Shown: positions 25,151 through 39,065 of the stretch, in pieces
Position numbering within the stretch: the first letter of the stretch is position 1
Layout: every line of letters starts with the position of its first letter
Assembly: GCF_003918875.1 (NCBI RefSeq)
Contig: NW_025767262.1
Coordinates: 1 to 64,000, forward strand
Length of the DNA: 64,000 nucleotides
Reading direction: 5' to 3'
Origin: Haliotis rubra
Lineage: Eukaryota
The notes under the pieces: generated by a model
Seen by the model: only the letters and a program-made list of their open reading frames with translations
The model's database searches: none
What the model was told of the DNA's origin: nothing
Made by a program: the position numbers and the translations under genes

Positions 25151-26032
25151 TGAAGCTTTTAACGAGAAAACAAACCAGACTCGGTATGAATTTTCGTTCT
25201 TTGCCCTTTCTCAGTCATCTCTTATTTCAGAAGCCGAGCCACGATTCTCAATTCACCTTAAAGAAGACGAGTTGCTTCCTCCTAAACCACACTTACTTGA
25301 CCATGGCACTAATAAGCCAACTGAAGATTGTGGTAATGTAAACGTGAAGATAATTCCCTTGTAACCCTTCATTTATGCATAGCTGACACTGATGTATATT
25401 CCCCATTTAACTAAGTGCCAACTTATGTGACTAGGTATCACACACACAAGTGTTCTACGTCATATCCAAAAGGGTTCATGTTGGATTCTTGCAACGCTCT
25501 TTTTAAATTCCTACACTATGCTCGTTAAGGAGTCCAAAAACAAGTGTCGACCAAATTTACATGTATTTCATAAAATGTGTAAATTCATGATCCGTACTTC
25601 TTGTATTATCGATATTTCTGAATATAAGAGCTGGGTAATTGGGTAAGAAGCCGCACTGTGTAGGATGGATCTAACTGATGCAGCGAATCGAGACCTTTGG
25701 GCATTCATTTGTTGCCGAGCACAGGCTCAAGAAAATAACGCTGTTGTAATTCCTCCTTAGGCAAGAATACATGCATACCTCTTCAACAGTAAATGAACAC
25801 GAAGAAATCTGATGTTATATTTTCATCTAATTTTTCAGTGGATAATTGGCTTGGTGCACGGGGTTTTCATGGTGACGGTGGAGATGAGTTGTGTTAAGTA
25901 GTACTTTATCTCTCTATCTCTATCTGTTTCTCTCTCTCACACACACATGTACACAGACGAAGGTAAACATTCGGTGGGAGTAGAAAGTGCCGACAGGAAT
26001 TGTGTATTTCAAATGTAATGAACGGTTGTGTC

Positions 26033-26265
26033 TGTTTTGTTTGTTTGTTGTTTAACGACACACTTAGCAATATTACAGCTGTATGGTATCTGTATAATAA
26101 TCTGGACCATCCAGTGATCAATATCAAGAGCATTGATCTACGCAATATGGATACGATGACATGTGTCAACCAAGTCAGCGAGCCTGACCACCCGATCACG
26201 CAAGTCGCCTCTTACGACAAGCATGGGTTACTGAAGACCAATTCTAACCCGGATCTTCATAGGTT
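26033..26265 (-). mobile_element. SINE-like repeat family 2
   Basis: Same insertion as 10872-11111, carried by the duplicated unit. Confidence 0.8.
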
Positions 26266-27945
26266 TGTTACGTTTGTAAACAATACACTTCAAATCATAA
26301 TGTTACAACCAGTACGTTTCCAAACATAATAATAAAGTCATCACTTTTATCGACAACCAATAAACTAAAATGTCAAACTGTTACTTGCTGTGCCAAACAA
26401 TCCACATTTCTCACCACCAAAACCGCTGTGTCATAAGCATTCAGAGTTAACCTTCTGCTGTGCCACTAATATCCGCTCATGAAAATAATATGAACATCAA
26501 GCTTTCTTCTCAAGAAGACGAAATTACCCTCAGGGGATGCAGATTTGAAGTTGCCATCTAACATACTATCAACCTTGACTCGTCAAAGCAATTTCTTCTC
26601 ACGACTCTTCATGGTTCCAATCTCCAGCGCAGTCTCTGCAAATGGTCCCCGCCCGCAGCCAAGCCACAACATCACGTACTCATTACAGATGGTCTGTTTA
26701 CCGGGTATCGACTTACACAAGCACGAGTTCCTTGTCCTTCTTTTGCACCTTGTCGACATCAGAAGCAGCCAAGTCGCCTAGAGACCAGACTTGAGAAGTC
26801 CTTGACCTTTGATCGTGCAGCGACAGTCGACTTGAAAAATTAGGTATCAACGGAAAAAGAATGATGTCTCGATGTCTCATGGGACACGAGTGTATGTCGT
26901 CTTGTTCGTCTTAATCGGCTTGACTGAACATTGTATAAGAAATGCAGAGGAATATACACGACCAGGCTGGAGGTTTTCATCGTCTCCTGCCACTTGACCT
27001 ATCAAGGGCTTTTTCTCTGAACACCGTTACCCTTTTTGCCATCGGCTGCAAGTGTACTTGAAGAAGCGTCTGTTCCCCGGAGCCAAGTAACTGGTTGACA
27101 TTTTCTGGATGATCAATAACGCAAGCTTTCACATTACTGGTAGATTCCGTTACTCATATCTTTGTTTGAATATATTTTGTTGAAATAATATGGTCTGTAG
27201 GGTGAGACTAAATGATCAAACTTAAGTGGCAATCTCCCTGAAACACATATACACAAAGACATTGATGTTTAAATGATTTAATAGTTAGTGATTCGTCTGA
27301 GATATTATCTATCATCTAATGACTATTGGTGTCATTTTGGCCCTCTTTTAATTTGTACGAATGTAATATTTTTCAACATACCATTTCAAATACATTGTCT
27401 ATATTTTGATTAATCGTCTCGGTCACATTCCTTTGCCTTCGAGTGACTTACACACTTGATATTTTCATACAGTAACGCATGCAAATATTAAGTCTACCGT
27501 GACAGTCGAAGAGCATCCTTTATATTCCGGGGCAGTTTAACAAATACTCTTTCAACCGTTGCCACCATGCTTGTAACTTCCAGTCCGATTTAAGATACGC
27601 GATGATACAAACGGTTGTCTAATCACATCACGAGACACAATCTGTGTGAAATTTTAAAACAGGAAAACTTGCGTAGCTTACAAAAGGAAGGTATTGTTGC
27701 AAAAGGTCAAGGGATTTTAATTTCACAAAATGGAGATATAAAATACTCGAATATCGAGGATGATAATCCTGTTCTTTGAGAAGATAAAACAAATGGTCTA
27801 GTTATCGTATTTCCTGACGGGGCAAACCGTCACTGAGGCTCGAAAAGAAATGTGGATGTCCTAAGTTACAGGTGAATTCAAAGCACATGCTCACAAAGCA
27901 CATGATCAACTAGACGATCTGTAACCAGCCACACAGAGATGCTGA

Positions 27946-28385
27946 GGCCACACTTCTTTATTACTTGCTTTACGGATTTTTCACAGCAATATTCCTGTCG
28001 GTTGGCGGTAAAAAAATGCTATTTCAGAATTCCCCACCTACCCACCCCCCAGTGGCTTTCACCACAAGTAGGCTGTTTAAAAAGTAATAGAATATGCCAT
28101 TAGCCATTGTTTTATTTCCTACCATAATAGGTTTTAAAAAACAGCATTTTCACTCGGTAAACGTTAATTCGGGGATTTTATGTGTTTCAATATTTACACT
28201 TTTCTTTTGCACTGATGCTAAATTCGTAATAGAAAATCGATTTCAATAAAATAGATTTTTAAATTATTTGTTTGGATTTTATTTATCGGCAGTATTTTAA
28301 AAATGGCAAAACTGAATTTGTATTTTTTTTTCCACTTCAGCAAAAATTACAGTCGGCGGATCCGTAAACCAAGTAATAAAATACC
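27946..28385. mobile_element. MITE with 21-bp subterminal inverted repeats
   Basis: tttattacttgctttacggat (27957-27977) versus atccgtaaaccaagtaataaa (28360-28380), one mismatch. Confidence 0.6.
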
Positions 28386-29167
28386 TCTTTCACCATAGCC
28401 AGAGTGTGTGAGTTATAAATTAAAAAATATGCTGCGACTAAAATTTGAGGAATAAAACACTTTGAAAAATGTGGTCTTGAATACCATTTCACTGGCACAA
28501 TAATCGCTACATCTCACCAGGATATTATCTTCAAACCGTGAGAACAGACTGTTCAGATTTGACCCACTGCAAAAAAATCTTCGATTCCCGATTTCATTTC
28601 TCGCTATAATGCTAGACAAATATCTAAGGATATGCCATTACAGTGAACATTGACCGACAAATGACGTTTCCGAAGTCGAAATTAGCCAGTCAGAAAGCAG
28701 CTTTCTCCAGCTCGAGTTTTACGGCACAACATTCGAATTAGTGACTTGAGCCAAAAACTGCTACCATTACTTATAATAGTGGAGCCGTAGGCGTACAGGC
28801 CTGTACCGTTATGTGTCGTCGGAGCTGAGGTTGAAGATGCTGTCCTCAAACGAAAAACCCGCTGGCGACGAAATATAATTATGAAATCATTCAGTTAATA
28901 TGAAATATAATAGTTCCGTCTTTTTTAAGAGTCAATTGATTGAAATGATGGTTCAAAATTAGGTATAATTAACATAATGATCTCCATTATTGAAAAATAA
29001 CAGAGCATTTAAACAAAAGAATAACGTCACGAATGTGTTTTACTTTAATACTGCAGGTCATATGCAAGATTGTGCAACATTTGTTCAGATGGTTTGACGA
29101 CTCTTTGTCTACCAAGACAGACAATCTATTGTCCACCAGCTTCTTTCCAGCTTCGTGACAAGGACCA

Positions 29168-29310
29168 GGCTACCTATTCTCGAAACATTCGTAGCCCTAC
29201 GAACTTCTTAAGCCCATTCTTAAAACATTGGCTACGATCAAAGTTAAGAATTCTTAGCGCTACGAACGTTTCGAGAATAAGGGCCAGTGACTAAGCCTTC
29301 GTAGCGTTAC
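29168..29310. mobile_element. Short hairpin MITE
   Basis: tattctcgaaacattcgtagccctacgaa...ttcttagcgctacgaacgtttcgagaata. It is absent from the paralogous site at ~41735, internally deleted at ~18648-18770 and truncated at 12540-12599. Confidence 0.65.
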
Positions 29311-29666
29311 GACCAACTCAATCAATGCCAGAACAATCTCCGGTAACCATCCAAACTGACTGTGTTAGGTGAGACGTCAGTGGATTAGCGGATTTACCAC
29401 GAAATGTCTGCGTGTGTTAACCACCGAGTGGTTCAGAGATTATCCTAACTGTTCACAATTATCATTGCTGTACCCACGTACTGATTGATACATGGTGACG
29501 TGATCTGTCGTTACACGGGGAGACGAGAAATTATGAAGATGTATTGAAATGTATGGTAATGTAGAATAATATGCTTTCATCTGACAACATTGGATGTGAT
29601 GTTGCTACCTGTTATGATGTGAGTCATGTTCTGAGTCTTCTGAGTTGATGAAACATTTCTGAGTGA

Positions 29667-29856
29667 TAGGGGCAAAGGTAGGGAAAGGCTTGGGGAAAGG
29701 ATGGGGAAAGAGAAGGGGAAAGGATGGGTAAAGGGTAGGGGCAAAGGTAGGGAAAGGCTTGGGTAAAGGGTAGGGGAAAGGATGGGTAAAGGGTAGGGGG
29801 AAAGGATGAGGGAAAGGGTAGGGGGTCAAGGTGGGGAGAAAGGACGGGGAAAGGGT
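29667..29856 (+). repeat. Purine-rich ~12-bp tandem repeat, shorter version
   Basis: Paralog of 19050-19365 with fewer units and the same flanks. Confidence 0.8.
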
Positions 29857-31747
29857 GTGTGTTGTCTGATCCCTGGTGTTTCCGTTGTCTTGTTCCTGGT
29901 GAGGTGTTACACCCTGTTTTAGGCTTGCCAGCACCATACCCGTGCCGTCACGGCAACAACGTGATTAATGTCAGCAACCTGCAACTTTCGGTTTTTCTTT
30001 CCATGATACTCCGACTAACCGTAATACAACTGGAATACTGTTCGAAAAGACGTTAAGACCAACTCACACACTCACTATCATATTCAAATTGCTTCTTCTG
30101 TATTGTGGTTTACGCTCTACTTTTGAAATAGACATTAAAACTAATAACCCTCGGTGAACTTACGACTGAATGTTGGGATGTTGTATAACATGAGCTCAGA
30201 TTAACTCAAATGTGCACCACGACGATATGAAATACATTGATGTCAGACTGATTCTGATAACGTATATGTTTCCATTACTGATAAATATTAACAACATACA
30301 TGTAATAAAAATTTATATGGACCTAAAATTTATGAGACCTTTGATATTTAGCTTTTTGACTGTACGAAGAAATTAACATTCAATTTGCAACATATACCCA
30401 TTTCCTTGGGAGAATATGAAATATTCATAATGGAAAATGGATATATATTTAGCCCCTTTATATTGAGATAATATAAAGTTAGCACATTTTATATTGAGAT
30501 AATAAAAAGTATATGCTGACATTAATCGATACCGTTGATGGAAGTGTCGAACAGCAAAATGAGTGTTCCCCGCCATAAATACTGACATTCTTTCCTTTTA
30601 ATCGAACTTTTCTTACTATGAACGTATATATTATAGGTATTTCTTCTGGAAATTTCTTATGAGTCAGTAAATGCATTACAAAATGAACATGTTAAAACCT
30701 TTGGTATCTATTGTGGGAACAATCTGGATACATATGAATGAATACCTGCTGGAATGTATTAATGTCAACAATAGCAAATTTACACATTGATATATTCTGG
30801 CATTTTGGGGTTTTTTGTAGGCCGTCGGTAGGACATGAAGGATAACGTTTAAGCATAGCAGAGTTATGCCCCCTTTGTCTTTGTACGGGTTGACCTCTCC
30901 GCCGTATTTTGACGTTATGGCGGAAAATTCACTTCAACCCTTCAAAGTTAAACATGACCATACGAATCTAACATTTATATGTCATCATGTCGCTCAGATA
31001 ATAGGCAGTATTTAGTTCGCTTACAGTTTACATAAAGCCGTAGCGGTATTTTATCGATGTACCATAAAACGTGGTTATATTTTACAGGTTTATGTGTACA
31101 CAAACGTGGACATTTAGCACTCTTTGATTTTCAAACCGGTATTGAATCTTAAACAATGAGTTAGAAAATTGAACACAAAATTATTCCGTTAAATTGCAAA
31201 GTCAGAGTGACCGCAACTCTCGCAGAGCGTTCAGTTTTCCAAATATGTATGAATTCAGTTTTCCAAATATGTATGAATTCCATTTATAAAGTGGTCAAAT
31301 GTTACAAATGTTATATTTGGGATTACACTTTCTTTAGTAAAGTACAGATTCTAGTACTTTTGGGGGGGTTGAGTCCCATCCGGGATTCGAACCCACACCC
31401 ACAGAGTCAGGCACCTGTAGAAGTCGCGGTGGCTGAGCAGGTTAGGGTTAAGAAAGTGTAATCCCAAATATAACATGTGTAACTTTCTTTGTAAAGTGCC
31501 GATTCTAGTACTTATTTATTGGGTTGAGTCCCATCTGGGATTCGAACCCACATCCTCCGAGTCAGGCACCTACTGGCCAGCACACAAAGTCAGCCTCCTA
31601 ACACACCCAGTCGTGTAACCCACTTGTGGAAGCCACGGTGGTTGGGTAGGTTAAACGGCTGACTTTGTGGGCTGTTCACACAGCGGTGAATGGGTACCCG
31701 GTAGGCAGATTTGGGAATGTTATTATTAACCTTGGTTGTATACTCAC

Positions 31748-32407
31748 CAGGGAGCTGAAAATAAAGACCGAATGCACACTGAACCATAGTCATGGTAGTA
31801 CAATCATCATACAAATATCCTACTCCACTTGCACAGAAGCGATTGTAAGACGACATGGATTTAAGATCGCGATTGCAGCTAAGATCGGCATCTTCGACGG
31901 TGGAGGCACGAATTTCATAAACCTGACTCCTGTCTACAGTTGTCTGCAAATGCGCATAGCATGTTGCGCAAACCAAAAGTAGAACCGATCTGGGTACACA
32001 AGAAGTAAATGTATGATCTGCCACTTTAAATCCGTGGTGCGTTCTCCGTGTAGTTAAAAGAGTTGAGGCGAATCATGCATAGATCTAACCTTACATCTAG
32101 AAGTCATGGTACCAAACGGTTCGGTGCAAATCTGTCATGATGGTTGTCTTAGCAAGTGTACACAGAGTCAGACTTCGGAACAAACGAAACACTCGTTCGG
32201 TAGCACTCAACAGCAATTGTCACAGATCCGCATGTGTGTAATAATGTCTAATGATCTTCAAAATTAGGGACGCGATTACCTAATATTCGGAGAACGGGTG
32301 GGAAATGAGGACTGGGATGTTTTATTTTTCGCTGCACACACCAGACAATTTTTACACGAAAACAGCCTGATCTGTACCCCCACATGATTGTATCAAATTG
32401 TCTCTTC
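31748..32407 (-). pseudogene. Decayed class-A GPCR exon, unit D
   Basis: Paralog of 21478-22131. Confidence 0.5.
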
Positions 32408-32605
32408 CTGGAGTAAAATATGAAAACACACACGCTTTCTTGAAAGAACAATGTTTACCATACACATCGAAAGTATATTATCATATGATTTTTAATCATG
32501 TATGAAACAATATGTATATTATAGCCAAAATAGTCCAAAATGTTTGTCCGAAAGGTCCAAAAGCTATCAGTTCACACAACACGGGCACATCAAACACATC
32601 CAAGT

Positions 32606-34344
32606 CTATCTCTGTGTGAAGAAACTCTGGAACATGTGTTTCACACAGGACACAAGGACAGCCGAGCACGACTGGGGCTGCTTGGATTCTTCACCAAGAT
32701 CGATCTCCACAACTTGAGGACGGGCTCTGGGGCAAGGACGGGGAAGGAGGGCAGGGTGTCGGGCAGGGAGTAGAGGGGTTGACGGTGATCGTGAAGACAC
32801 CGGGGCGCTTATAGAGAGGAAACATAATTTCTAAATCACTGAAACCAGTATTGATGGACAGTTTAGTCAGACGGCTTGCATTAAGAGATCTGGGAAAGTG
32901 GACAATGTTTTTTGGAGTAGACAAACAATAAGTTTACAGAATAGATTACACAATACCATACATACATGTTACAATGCATACTTATGGATAATAACTTTAG
33001 TGTTCTGGTGTTAGGATAGCAAAAACGTGCTGGAACATTGTGAAGGTTAGTACAATAATCGAATATAGAATTGCTATAGTGAGCACATTTCATGAAATGT
33101 GTGTGTTTCAATAAGGAATATGACATATTACTGTCAGTAGAATATGAACTGGTAATGTCTTGGAAAATTAGTATGGATCGGGATTTGGAAATGTTAGATA
33201 TTATAGATATGTATGTGGTCTGTTGAGTTACATTTATTATATGATTTTAAACTTTGTGTCTTTTTTTTATCAAAACTCTATTCCATAATCGTCTTAATAA
33301 CATAATTTCCATGAAACTGGTTGTCGATATTTGTTATATATGTTCTAGCTAATAGGACAAACTCGAACAACTTGAACCTAAAGATGACCTACAGGATCAG
33401 GGACTGGGAGAGTCTTTTTGGGAGACAGGGCCAGGTAGGTCCTAAACCTGTGGAGATCGTCCAGAGCTGGAATGGAATTAAAAAGAAATATATATATAAA
33501 TATACACATGGATCAACATAGTAGCAGGTAAATGCTCAATGAACAGAGCAAATACAACAGACAAATTGACTATTAGCTATTGCCGCAAATGGAGACCTGA
33601 GTTTAAATGTAAGAATCATGAGGATTCTTGTTGTTCGTTAATGCTATTTGTTTTGAAGAGTCTAATCAAATTATCCCAACGTCATAGGGTTAAGTGTCAG
33701 TGAATTTATTCAATGTGGTATTTTGATGTATTGGGGCAGAAAAAACCCTTTTCCTCCCCTTGACACCAGAGTGAATAAGAAAGTATAAAAAAATACTCCA
33801 ATGAATACTGTTGTACTTTCTTTTATAATGGACGCTCTATTCTCAAAACATCTTGTTACATGTCAGTTAATCTTGGGTAGATCCCATAGACATGGGAAAG
33901 GGAGACATAGATCTGCATGTAGTGTTATTTCCCATCATTCATCACAATTATCACTTACATGCTTTTTCACAGGATAGAACTAAAATTAATAACAGAAGTT
34001 ACTTCACCTAGATAATCAAAAATGCAGTTTAGAAGCCTTTTGCTAAAATAGAAGCGACATACACACATTCACTTCACAGACAAACACAAAGAAAATGATC
34101 TAGCACTTGAAAGGAGACGAGGAACCGACGAAGTACATGGGGTGTCTCTTACTGCGTCTGTCAGTCATTTCCTTAGACAGGGTTAGTGTTACCAAAGCTT
34201 CACCACACGATTCTACTTTGGGATAAAATCCGTCAAAATTCATCTACGAATTCTACGAAATAAAAGGTAAAAAGCACAAACAATTTAACACAGACACCAC
34301 TACTAGATACCTTGATGATAGGCCAAAGCAACTGAAGCATACAT
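32606..34344 (-). pseudogene. Orphan family copy D: exons 34344-34311, 33466-33393, 32807-32606 (exon 3 frameshifted as assembled)
   Basis: Exon 2 has compensating indels (YLALSPKKTLP). Exon 3 is 202 nt, with 1-nt losses in two G runs. Confidence 0.7.
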
Positions 34345-34449
34345 CGTGCAGAACGTGAGATACGTGCGGGATAAAGAGCAAAATGTCAACACAGACGTGG
34401 AAACAAAGTGCAGCATCAACAACCAAAATGGCGTCGTTTGTGTGTGAAG

Positions 34450-34463
34450 GTCTCCATGGAGAT
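34450..34463 (-). promoter_or_regulatory. X-box palindrome, copy D (second RFX-like site GTCGCTAGCAAC at 34555-34566)
   Basis: GTCTCCATGGAGAT at the conserved spacing. Confidence 0.6.
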
Positions 34464-36350
34464 CCGTCTCAGCGACCGTCGCCTCGCGTCCCTTTCCGTA
34501 AACTGGGTAGCATATACTAGATCGTTTAGACTGGTCCTCGGCCGCTGCTGTGCAGTCGCTAGCAACGCTAGACGGGTTGCCAGCCAAGTATTAACAGTTC
34601 AATGCCGCAAAACCTTCCCAACCGACAAACTCTTTTGGGCAAATCTATTATTTGTTGTAATAAAATCAGATTTTGACAGCATAGTATGTATTTTTATACA
34701 ATATTATTCGGAATATCAATATTTTAAATGTTTAGAGAAGAAAGGCCACCAACCAAGTAATCTGTTTTACAGCTGAATGCCATTAAATCTTCACAGTACA
34801 CAAACTGATGTCGCCATATATACTATTGTAGCATTAACACTAGAGTTTGGCAACTAAAGTTCCATCTGTTCAAAGTTTTCAGCATTTGTTTCACGAAGAA
34901 AAAAGAAATCATTCAGCACGGGGAATAATATTTACATCCATAAAAGAACAGCATGGCTCTTTGTGTTTCATTCAGAAGCTAAAAAACAGAAAAGAATTAA
35001 ATGATTGTCACGTAAAATGGGGACGGTAAATAAGTCTTTGGTTCCTGGCTCACGTCAGACGGTGATAGCACAAGGGGAGGCCACTCCCATTGTACTGATG
35101 TCTTAGTTAAACTAGCATCGTAGTTTCTGAATCACCATTTCACACAGTGAGCACCAAGTTGAAAAGCATGGAGCAAGCACCTTAACCGCGTAAAAGGAAT
35201 TTCAGACACCAATTGTTTAGATCATTTAGATCATGACAAGTAGCAATGTTAAATATCTTACTTAAATAGTTACTGAGAAAACCCCCATTGATCTCTGTTC
35301 GTATACTACCAACTATGAGGCGGGGGGATGATAAACCAACATAATATTGTAAGGATTCAGAGAGCTGCTTACTCACCGATTCTGACACCAATAAAGCATC
35401 TTTGGGATGTCCTTTTGGGATATATTCTGGCATATAGTTTTTTTTGTAGGGCGTGGGTTGGACATAAAGGATAACGTTTAAGCATAGCAGAGTTATGCCC
35501 CCTTTGTCTTTGTACGGGTTGACCTCTCCGCCGTATTTTGACGTTATGGGGGAAAATTCACGTTAAGTTCAAGTTAAACATGACCATACGAATCTAACAT
35601 TTATATGTCATCATGTCGCTCAGATAATAGGCAGTATTTAGTTCGCTTACAGTTTACATAAAGCCGTAGCGGTATTTTATCGATGTACCATAAAACGTGG
35701 TTATATTTACAGGTTTATGTGGACACAAACTTGGACATTTAGCACTCTTTGATTTTCAAACCGGTATTGAATCTTAAACAATATGAGTTAGAAAATTGAA
35801 CACAAAATTATTCCGTTAAATTGCAAAGTTAGAGTGACCGCAACTCTCGCAGAGCGTTCAGTTTTCCAAATATGTATGGAATTCACAATTCCATTTATAA
35901 AGTGGTCAAATGTAACAAATGTTATATTTGGGATTACACTTTCTTTAGCAAAGTACAGATTCTAGTACTTTTGGGGGTTGAGTCCCATCCGGGATTCGAA
36001 CCCACAGAGTCAGGCACCTGTGGAAGTCGCGGTGGCTGAGCAGGTTAGGGTTAAGAAAGTGTAATCCCAAATATAACATGTGTAACTTTCTTTGTAAAGT
36101 GCAGATTCTAGTACTTATTTATTGGGTTCAGTCCCATCTGGGATTCGAACCCACATCCTCCGAGTCAGGCACCTACTGGCCAGCACACAAAGTCAGCCTC
36201 CTAACACACCCAGCCGTGTAACCCACTTGTGGAAGCCACGGTGGCTGGGTGGGTTAAACGGCTGACTTTGTGGGCTGTTCACACAGCGGTGAATGGATAC
36301 CCGGTAGGCAGATTTGGGAATGTTATTATTAACCTTGGTTGTATACTCAC

Positions 36351-37010
36351 CAGGGAGCTGAAAATAAAGTCCGAATGCACACTGAACCATAGTCATGGTA
36401 GTACAATCATCATACAAATATCCTACTCCACTTGCACAGAAGCGATTGTAAGACGACATGGATTTAAGATCGCGATTGCAGCTAAGATCGGCATCTTCGA
36501 CGGTGGAGGCACGAATTTCATAAACTTGACTCCTGTCTACAGTTGTCTGCAAGTGCGCATAGCATGCTGCGCAAACCAAAAGTAGAACCGATCTGGGTAC
36601 ACAAGAAGTAAATGTATGATCTGCCACTTTAAATCGTTGGTGCGTTCTCCGTGCAGTTAAAGAGTCGAGGCGAATCATGCATAGATCTAACCTTACATCT
36701 AGAAGTCATGGTGCCAAACGGTTCGGTGCAAATCTGTCATGATGGTTGTCTTAGCAAGTGTACACAGAGTCAGACTTCGGAACAAACGAAACACTCGTTC
36801 GGTAGCGCTCAACAGCAATTGTCACAGATCCGCATGTGTGTAATAATGTCTAATAATCTTCAAAATTAGGGACACGATTACCTAATATTCGGACAACGGG
36901 TGGGAAATGAGGACTGGGATGTTTTATTTTTCGCTGCACACACCAGACAATTTTAACACAAAAACAGCCCCGATCTGTACCCCCACATCATTGTATCAAA
37001 TTGTCTCTTC
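36351..37010 (-). pseudogene. Decayed class-A GPCR exon, unit E
   Basis: Paralog of 21478-22131; TIAVERY is retained. Confidence 0.5.
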
Positions 37011-37208
37011 CTGGAGTAAAATATGAAAACACACACGCTTTCTTGAAAGAACAATGTTTACCATACACATCGAAAGTATATTATCATATGATTTTTAATC
37101 ATGTATGAAACAATATGTATATTATAGCCAAATAAGTCCAAAATGTTTGTCCGAAAGGTCCAAAAGCTATCAGTTCACACAACACTGGCACAACAAACAC
37201 ATCCAAGT

Positions 37209-38946
37209 CTATCTCTGTGTGAAGAAACTCTGGAACATGTGTTTCACACAGGACACAAGGACAGCCGAGCACGACTGGGGCTGCTTGGATTCTTCACCAA
37301 GATCGATCTCCACAACTTGAGGACGGGCTCTGGGGGCAAGGACGGGGAAGGAGGGCAGGGTGTCGGGCAGGGAGTAGAGGGGGTTGACGGTGATCGTGAA
37401 GACACCGGGGCGCTTATAGAGAGGAAACATAATTTCTAAATCACTGAAACCAGTATTGATGGACAGTTTAGTCAGACGGCTTGCATTAAGAGAACTGGGA
37501 AAGTGGACAATGTTTTTGGAGTAGACAAACAATAAGTTTACAGAATAGATTACACAATACCATACATACATGTTACAATGCATACTTATGGATAATAACT
37601 TTAGTGTTCTGGTGTTAGGATAGCAAAAACGTGCTGGAACATTGTGAAGGTTAGTACAATAATCGAATATAGAATTGCTATAGTGAGCACATTTCATGAA
37701 ATGTGTGTGTTTCAATAAGGAATATGACATATTACTGTCAGTGGAATATGAACTGGTAATGTCTTGGAACATTAGTATGGATCGGGATTTGGAAATGTTA
37801 GATATTATAGATATGTATGTGGTCTGTTGAGTTACATTTATTATATGATTTTAAACTTTGTGTCTTTTTTTTATCAAAACTCTATTCCATAATCGTCTTA
37901 ATAACATAATTTCCATGAAACTGGTTGTCGATATTTGTTATATGTTCTAGCTAATAGGACAAACTCGAACAACTTGAACCTAAAGATGACCTACAGGATC
38001 AGGGACTGGGAGAGTCTTTTGGGAGACAGGGGCCGGGTAGGTCCTAAACCTGTGGATATCGTCCAGAGCTGGAATGGAATTAAAAAAGAGATATATAAAT
38101 ATACACATGGATCAACATAGTAGCAGGTAAATGCTCAATGAACAGAGCAAATACAACAGACAAATTGACTATTAGCTATTGCCGCAAATGGAGACCTGAG
38201 TTTAAATGTAAGAATCATGAGGATTCTTGTTGTTCGTTAATGCTATTTGTTTTGAAGAGTCTAATCAAATTATCCCAACGACATAGGGTTAAGTGTCAGT
38301 GAATTTATTCAATGTGGTATTTTTAAATATATGTGGGCAGAAAAAACTCCTTTTCCTCCCCTTGACACCAGAGTGAATAAGAAAGTATAAAAAAATACTC
38401 CAATGAATACTGTTGTACTTTCTTTTATAATGGACACTCTATCCTCAAAACATCTTGTTACATGTCAGTTAATCTTGGGTAGATCCCATAGACATGGGAA
38501 AGGGAGACATAGATCTGCATGTAGTGTTATTTCCCATCATTCATCACAATTATCACTTACATGCTTTTTCACAGGATAGAACTAAAATTAATAACAGAAG
38601 TTACTTCACCTAGATAATCAAAAATGCAGTTTAGAAGCCTTTTGCAAAAATAGAAGCGACATACACACATTCACTTCACAGACAAACACAAAGAAAATGA
38701 TCTAGTCCTTGAAAGTAGACGAGGAACCGACGAAGTACATGGAGTGTCTCTTACTGCGTCTGTCAGTCATTTCCTTAGACAGAGTTAGTGTTACCAAAGC
38801 TTCACCACACGATTCTACTTTGGGATACAATCCGCCAAAATTCATCTACGAATTCTACGAAATAAAAGGTAAAAAGCACAAACAATTTAACACAGACACC
38901 ACTACTAGATACCTTGATGATAGGCCAAAGCAACTGAAGCATACAT
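37209..38946 (-). CDS. Orphan small proline-rich protein, copy E (103 aa): exons 38946-38913, 38068-37995, 37412-37209
   Basis: 34+74+204 nt with canonical splice sites: MYASVALAYHQALDDIHRFRTYPAPVSQKTLPVPDPRPGVFTITVNPLYSLPDTLPSFPVLAPRARPQVVEIDLGEESKQPQSCSAVLVSCVKHMFQSFFTQR*. Confidence 0.88.
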
Positions 38947-39051
38947 CGTGCAGAACGTGAGATACGTGCGGGATAAAGAGCAAAATGTCAACACAGACGT
39001 GGAAACAAAGTGCAGAATCAACAACCAAAATGGCGTCGTTTGTGTGTGAAG

Positions 39052-39065
39052 GTCTCCATGGAGAT
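39052..39065 (-). promoter_or_regulatory. X-box palindrome, copy E
   Basis: GTCTCCATGGAGAT about 106 nt upstream of the ATG. Confidence 0.6.

Noticed and set aside
37209-37772. 187-aa single-exon ORF
   Set aside because: Only the last 67 codons (exon 3) are conserved. The upstream part is intron 2 read-through and is not conserved in B or F.
37209-38946. Assignment of the orphan protein to lysin/sp18, caveolin or Mn-motif microtubule inner proteins
   Set aside because: There is no signal peptide or lysin-like basic helical sequence. EIDL alone is not the caveolin signature, and the N-terminal Tyr spacing does not fit an Mn motif convincingly.
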